Shown here: piece after piece, positions 63,808 to 64,000 of the stretch
Numbering within the stretch: the first letter of the stretch is position 1
How the letters are laid out: every line of letters starts with the position of its first letter
From: Betaproteobacteria bacterium
GTDB taxonomy: Bacteria; Pseudomonadota; Gammaproteobacteria; Burkholderiales; JACQAP01
Direction of reading: 5' to 3'
DNA length: 64,000 nt
NCBI GenBank assembly: GCA_039930785.1
Contig: JBDTTE010000001.1
Coordinates: 182 to 64,181, forward strand
Made by a program: the position numbers and the translations under genes
Notes under the pieces: generated by a model
Database searches by the model: none
Told to the model about the DNA's origin: nothing
The model's input: the letters and a program-made list of their open reading frames with translations, nothing else

Positions 63808-64000
63808 ATGCAACAAGCAGAAAAGAACAACACCCCGCCGGCGTTTCGCATCGTTCGCAGCGCCAAAGGGCTCTGGGAAGTGATGGAAGAAGGCTTGAAT
63901 GACGCGGTGGCCCTGTTCAAGGCCCCGCAAGCGGCGCTATCCTACGCTTGCGATCTCGCTGCAGCCCGCAAAGGCTCGCTCGTGGTCGTGTTTGACAGAA
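63808..64000 (+). CDS. Hypothetical protein, N-terminal part (runs off the right edge); faint DUF2188-like pattern
   Basis: ATG at 63808 after the SD AGGAGG. Translation is MQQAEKNNTPPAFRIVRSAKGLWEVMEEGLNDAVALFKAPQAALSYACDLAAARKGSLVVVFDR, with no stop before the window end. Confidence 0.45.
   Translation, partial: MQQAEKNNTPPAFRIVRSAKGLWEVMEEGLNDAVALFKAPQAALSYACDLAAARKGSLVVVFDR

Overview
GC-rich, gene-dense, origin-proximal core chromosome segment of a proteobacterium. The gene order looks betaproteobacterial (inferred from synteny only). Left to right: a partial tsaC/sua5 gene; purE-purK-purC; tkt-glk-SemiSWEET-gap-pgk-pyk; rsmB-DUF4390-ntrY-ntrX; fmt-def diverging from LysM-dprA-smg-topA; gyrB-dnaN-dnaA diverging from rpmH-rnpA-yidD-yidC-mnmE; a TauE-family gene; mnmG-rsmG-parA-parB; atpIBEFHAGDC. 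An 8-gene operon follows (Liv-type ABC importer, M20 hydrolase, MdcD/MdcE-like fusion, MatB-like ligase). The window ends with ypfJ, a second TauE gene, an EVE-domain gene, zapB-like/zapA, a TonB-dependent receptor, msbA, a ferredoxin, phaZ, a GST and a poorly coding right edge. I saw no rRNA, tRNA, CRISPR, transposase, integrase or phage genes. Features I added beyond the ORF track: rpmH (44 aa), a 6S RNA downstream of zapA, a cobalamin riboswitch upstream of the TonB receptor, one near-consensus parS, one perfect DnaA box plus a DnaA-box-like repeat cluster, two intrinsic terminators, a few sigma70-like promoters and a 25-aa micro-ORF. The best candidate for something undescribed is the 44.8-53.5 kb operon. 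It pairs a malonyl-CoA synthetase with a fused MdcD-MdcE carboxyltransferase, and none of the ACP-dependent malonate decarboxylase genes lie within the window. This suggests a CoA-level malonate or malonyl-conjugate catabolic module. Other points worth a second look: a 30-bp-arm inverted repeat between purC and tsaC, the unresolved position of oriC, an apparently ATPase-dead NtrX, and likely CTG starts for rnpA and rsmG. Many long ORFs antisense to real genes are GC-driven artefacts and were rejected.
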